From: Chiloscyllium plagiosum
Lineage: Eukaryota
DNA: 52,146 bases
Direction: 5' to 3'
Assembly (NCBI RefSeq): GCF_004010195.1
Contig: NC_057753.1
Span: 10,816,858-10,869,003, forward strand
The translations under genes and the position numbers were made by a program. The notes under the pieces were generated by a model, which searched no databases, was not told the DNA's origin, and worked only from the letters and a program-made list of their open reading frames with translations. Shown in pieces: positions 48,116-52,146 of this stretch; the stretch's first letter is position 1, and each line of letters begins with the position of its first letter.

Positions 48116-48949
48116 ATTGCAGGGGGATTAAAGGAGCGACAGCTGAGTGCCATTATCGACTGGACTATCAACCCAATTCTGGTAACTGCCGGGTTCGAAT
48201 CCCGCCATGGCAGATGGCAGAATTGGAATTCGGTCAGAAATCTGGAGTTCAGAATCTAATGATGAACCCATTTTCAGGGGAAAAACCCCATCTGATTCAC
48301 TCATGTCCTTTTTTAGGGAGGGAAACTGCAGTTGTGTGAAAGGATTCACTCAGTCAAACCCAGCTGCGTCTGGCCTCCAGTGACTCCAGACCTACAGCAG
48401 TGTGGTTGACTCTTTACACCTGACCACCCTCCTGGCAAATGAGTGAGGAGAAACTTACTTGGTTACAGTGTATGATTGAAATTGCTGAGTGAGGCAACAT
48501 TTTGTATGCGTTTAGCTGTTTTATTATGTTCAAAGGGACAAGATCAGCTGACCAATAGTAAAGGATGTGGGGTGGGTGGTAGGGTGAGTGCGTATGCTTT
48601 GATCTTGAACTGTTGAAAAAGCAAGTAAGTAACTTTTTGGACACCATTTTGCTGGGGGAGATCTGAAGCTGTAACAAAGTTGGGTCACAATAAAGGTTAC
48701 CTGAACTTACCGCTGGACTCAGACTCTCCTTGAAAGCTGTGAGATCCATTAGGTTTTTGTTTTAAAGTGGCTGAATTCTTTAGTTTACAATGTAAGGTTG
48801 TATCAGAAAGAGCAGTGAATGAGTAGCTCATATCGTTGGAAATTGTAAATTTTTCAGGAGTGCAGGTGCTGCATTGTTTCATCTGCATTGGAAAGTCTAC
48901 TGTTAGCACTGGCAAGATTGGGCTATGTTCACTAGAAATGATGTGGCAG

Positions 48950-49625
48950 AGCCGGTGTTGGACTGGGGTGGACGAAGTTAAAAATCAGACAACACTAGGT
49001 TATATTTCCAGACATTTATTTCGAAGCACTAGCTTTTTCAGCGCTGCTCCTTCATTGGGTAGCTGTAGAGCGGGCTCATAAGACACAGAATTTATAGCAA
49101 AAGATCATAGTGTCGTGCAACCGAAATGGTATATTGAACAAAACTAGATTGTTGTGAAGTCTTTCAATTTTTAGAATGGGTTGCAGGTTTTGGTTCATTA
49201 ATATGTAAATCCCAGAACTACTCTTAAGTCACATCCTCGATATAACTTGAGGTTTTATGTATAAAAAAAGTGAGATATCAGCTCAGACAATGCATTGTCT
49301 ATATCCCAGTCTTTAGTCAGACTGGTTTTATTTCCAAAGTAGGAATTTATAAAACATTACATTTGCCTGTATTAACTGCTGTAGATTGTGCACTTTTTGA
49401 GCAAAATAGAATGTCTGCAAATGCAACTTCACCCCATGGACATGTGTGTGTGTGTGTGAGAGAGAGTCTGACTGTTTGCGTGTGTGTGAGGTGAAGTATA
49501 AGCCTGTGAGAGGGTGTTTGTGTATCAGTCTAATGGGGTCACCTGTCGTGTGACATGAACCCAACGTCCTCGTTGAGGCCATCTTCATGGGTACCGAACT
49601 TGGTTATCAGCCTTTGCTCCACCAC
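48950..49625 (-). mobile_element. Penelope-like 3' end and pLTR
   Basis: KFGTHEDGLNEDVGFMSH on minus, followed by a pLTR related to 24700-25230. Confidence 0.82.
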
Positions 49626-50164
49626 TACAAACAATCAAGCAGTTACTGTTATAGTCTCTGTTCTCTGCAGTTGGCAGCATGACGCCAGATGGTATCGGTG
49701 TCTGTCTGGCGCCAAGACTCAGGAACTGATGTGCTCAGGATTGCAGGAGCTGGAAAGCGAGGTTGCAGCTATATCAAGCCCTTCTAAGAAGAGAGAGAGA
49801 ATGGATGGTGATGACGCATCCTGGGAGATGGGGTGAATGAGAAATAGCTGATCTGTAAAATTGAGCATAGCTCAAATGATCTATTTAGAAACAACATTAA
49901 AGTCTGAAAGCATGTTCTCTTTTTTTTTAAAGCTGTGGACAGCTTTCTGAAACTTGCATTCAAATATGTGCAATTAGGCCACATTTGATTACTGGCTGCA
50001 AGGGGTGAATGGCCTTTTCCTAGTCTTGTGAAATTGGTTCCAAATATGGAGAGAGAGAGAGTTGTCGGGTCCATGCTGACCAGATATCCTAAATTAATCA
50101 AGTGACCTATTTGCAAGTGTTTGGCCCATATCTCTCTCAACTGTGCTGTGTATCTGCATGATTT

Positions 50165-52146
50165 GGAGATGCCGGTGTTGGACAGGGAGTACAAAGTTAA
50201 AAATCACACAACACCAAGTTATAGTCCAATAGGTTTAATTGGAAGCACACTGGCTTTTGGAGTGCTGCTGCTTCAACAGGTGGTTGTGGAGGATGCAATT
50301 GTAAGGCACAGAATTTATAGCAAAATTTTACAGTGTGATGGAACTGAATTTATACATTGAAAAATACCTTGATTGTCTGTTGAGTCTTTCATCTGTTTGA
50401 ATACCATGATCGAATACCACTTCTTTCATGTGTAAATGACAAAACTTTTTTTAAAAAGTTGCTTTCTCGGGTTAACTGTAACAATTGGTGTTAGCTAAAC
50501 AATATGTTGAAGGTGATAGCCCCCTTTGTTCTCTGTCTATGCCAGTAATAGCAAAGCCCACCCACCCACCACAGTAGACAACATTATCACTGCGGGGAAG
50601 TCTATTATCAACTTATCGGACCACACCCTTCAACCAGAAGAGATTGAAGTCCTGAGTAGGGGTCTCAACTTCTGCCCCACCACCAAAATGGACCCGTTGG
50701 TTCTTGCAGCAGACATGGAGGAGTTCATCAGACTCCGGGAATTCTTTCAAGGTGCCGGCAGTGATCCCAACGAGCCCACTGATGAACTGGAACGAGCGAC
50801 CAAAGAAGATATCAACTTGGACCCCACCGGAGGGCCGCTGCCGTGGGCTTGACACATATGCTCAAACCGTCAGGGAATATATAAATGCCAGATTCCACAA
50901 AGTAGAGCAGAACATCACCCATTCACAACACAATGCCATCCAGGGTCTCCAAACCAATCACAACATTGTCATCAAACCAGCAAATAAAGGAGGAGCCATT
51001 GTCATTCAGAATAGAACAGATTACTGCAAGGAAGTGGACCAACAACTGAACAACTAGGAACACTACAGGCAATACCAGCTGATCCGACCTAAGAATACAC
51101 CCATGAATTAAACACATTGATCAGGAGTTTGGATCCCATCCTTCAGAGTTCCCTACGTGCCCTCATCCCACATACTACTTGTGTAGGCAACTTCTATTGC
51201 CTTCCAAAGGTACACAAAGCCAACACACCAGAACATCCCATCGTATCAGGCAATGGGACCCTGTGTGAGAATCTGTCCAGCTATGTTGAAGGCATCTTGA
51301 AACCTATTGTACAGGGGATCCTCAGCTTCTGTCACGACACTACGGATTTCTTACAGAAACTCAGCACCTACAGGCCAGTTGGACCGAGAACATTCCTCAT
51401 CACAATGAAAGTTTCCGCACTCTACAGCAGCATCACCCACAATGATGGCATCACAACAACAGCCTCAGTACTCAACACCAATAACTGTCAATCTCCAAAC
51501 GCCATCCTACAACTCATCCGCTTTATCCTCGATCATGCCTTCACCTTTGACAACCAGTTCTTCATCCAGACACATGGAAGAGCCATGGGGACCAAATTTG
51601 CACCCCAATATGCCAACATCTTCATGCACAGGTTCAAACAGGACTTCTTCTCTACATAGGATCTCCAACCAACATTATACACCAGGTAAATTGACATTTT
51701 CTTCCTCTGGACCCATGGCGAGGAGTCACTGATAAAAATACACAGTGATATCAACAAGTTTCATCCCACCATCAAACTCATCATGGACTACTCTCGACCA
51801 TCTGTCTCATTTTGGACACATGCATCTCGATCAAGGATGGATACATCAGCACCACACTCTACTGCAAACCCACAGACAACCTCACAATGCTACACTTCTC
51901 CAGCTTCCACCTAAAACATATTAAAACAGCCATTCCTTCTGGACAAGCCCTACGCTTACAATGGATCTGCTCAGATGAGGAACATGACAGGTACCTGGCA
52001 CCTGGAAGTACTCAGGGATGCCCTCATAAGAATGGGGTACGACGCTCAACTCATCGACCACCAGTTCCGACGTGCCACAGCAAGGAACCGTAATGACTTC
52101 CTCAGGAGACAGACACGTGCTGCAACCGACAGGGTACCCTTCGTTG
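50165..52146 (+). mobile_element. Penelope-like element: inverted pLTR fragment (~50165-50545) followed by decayed RT ORF running off the window
   Basis: IINLSDHTL..VLSRGLNFCPT, IVIKPANKGGAIVI, FYCLPKVHK..PIVS, GRAMGTKFAPQYANIFM, FLDT.ISI..STTLYCKPT; stops and frameshifts. An inverted 5' pLTR is typical of PLEs. Confidence 0.92.

Larger units (their letters stand above)
37960..48500 (+). repeat. Segmental duplication, copy B of ZNF-cluster block
   Basis: Colinear with 3611-18490; carries the Gypsy LTR start (~39250-39508) but no Gypsy internal sequence outside the short gap. Confidence 0.85.

Overview
Repeat-dense vertebrate genomic DNA, almost certainly from a shark. The evidence is HE1-type SINEs with (TTAGA)n tails, HER1/CR1 LINE 3' ends and DeuSINE-like elements; the species is not determinable here. 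There are six N gaps. The window is part of a tandem C2H2 zinc-finger gene cluster with one intact 9-finger ORF (32410-33267, minus) and several ZNF pseudogenes. These lie in two diverged copies of a large duplicated block (~3.6-18.5 kb vs ~38-48.5 kb). Inserted elements include an E-box-rich LTR, two Tx1/L1-clade fragments, a full-length decayed Gmr1-like Gypsy element (PR-IN-RT-RH order, SCAN-like gag) with four-level nesting, Penelope elements with minimal hammerhead motifs, and an internally deleted class I (epsilon/gamma-like) endogenous retrovirus. The most striking observation is that this ERV's env carries a CD300/pIgR-like immunoglobulin V-set domain between the signal peptide and the CWIC-containing SU. 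The domain is hidden from the ORF track because an HE1 SINE splits it. All family assignments are from motif recognition by eye; no searches were run, and many boundaries are approximate.
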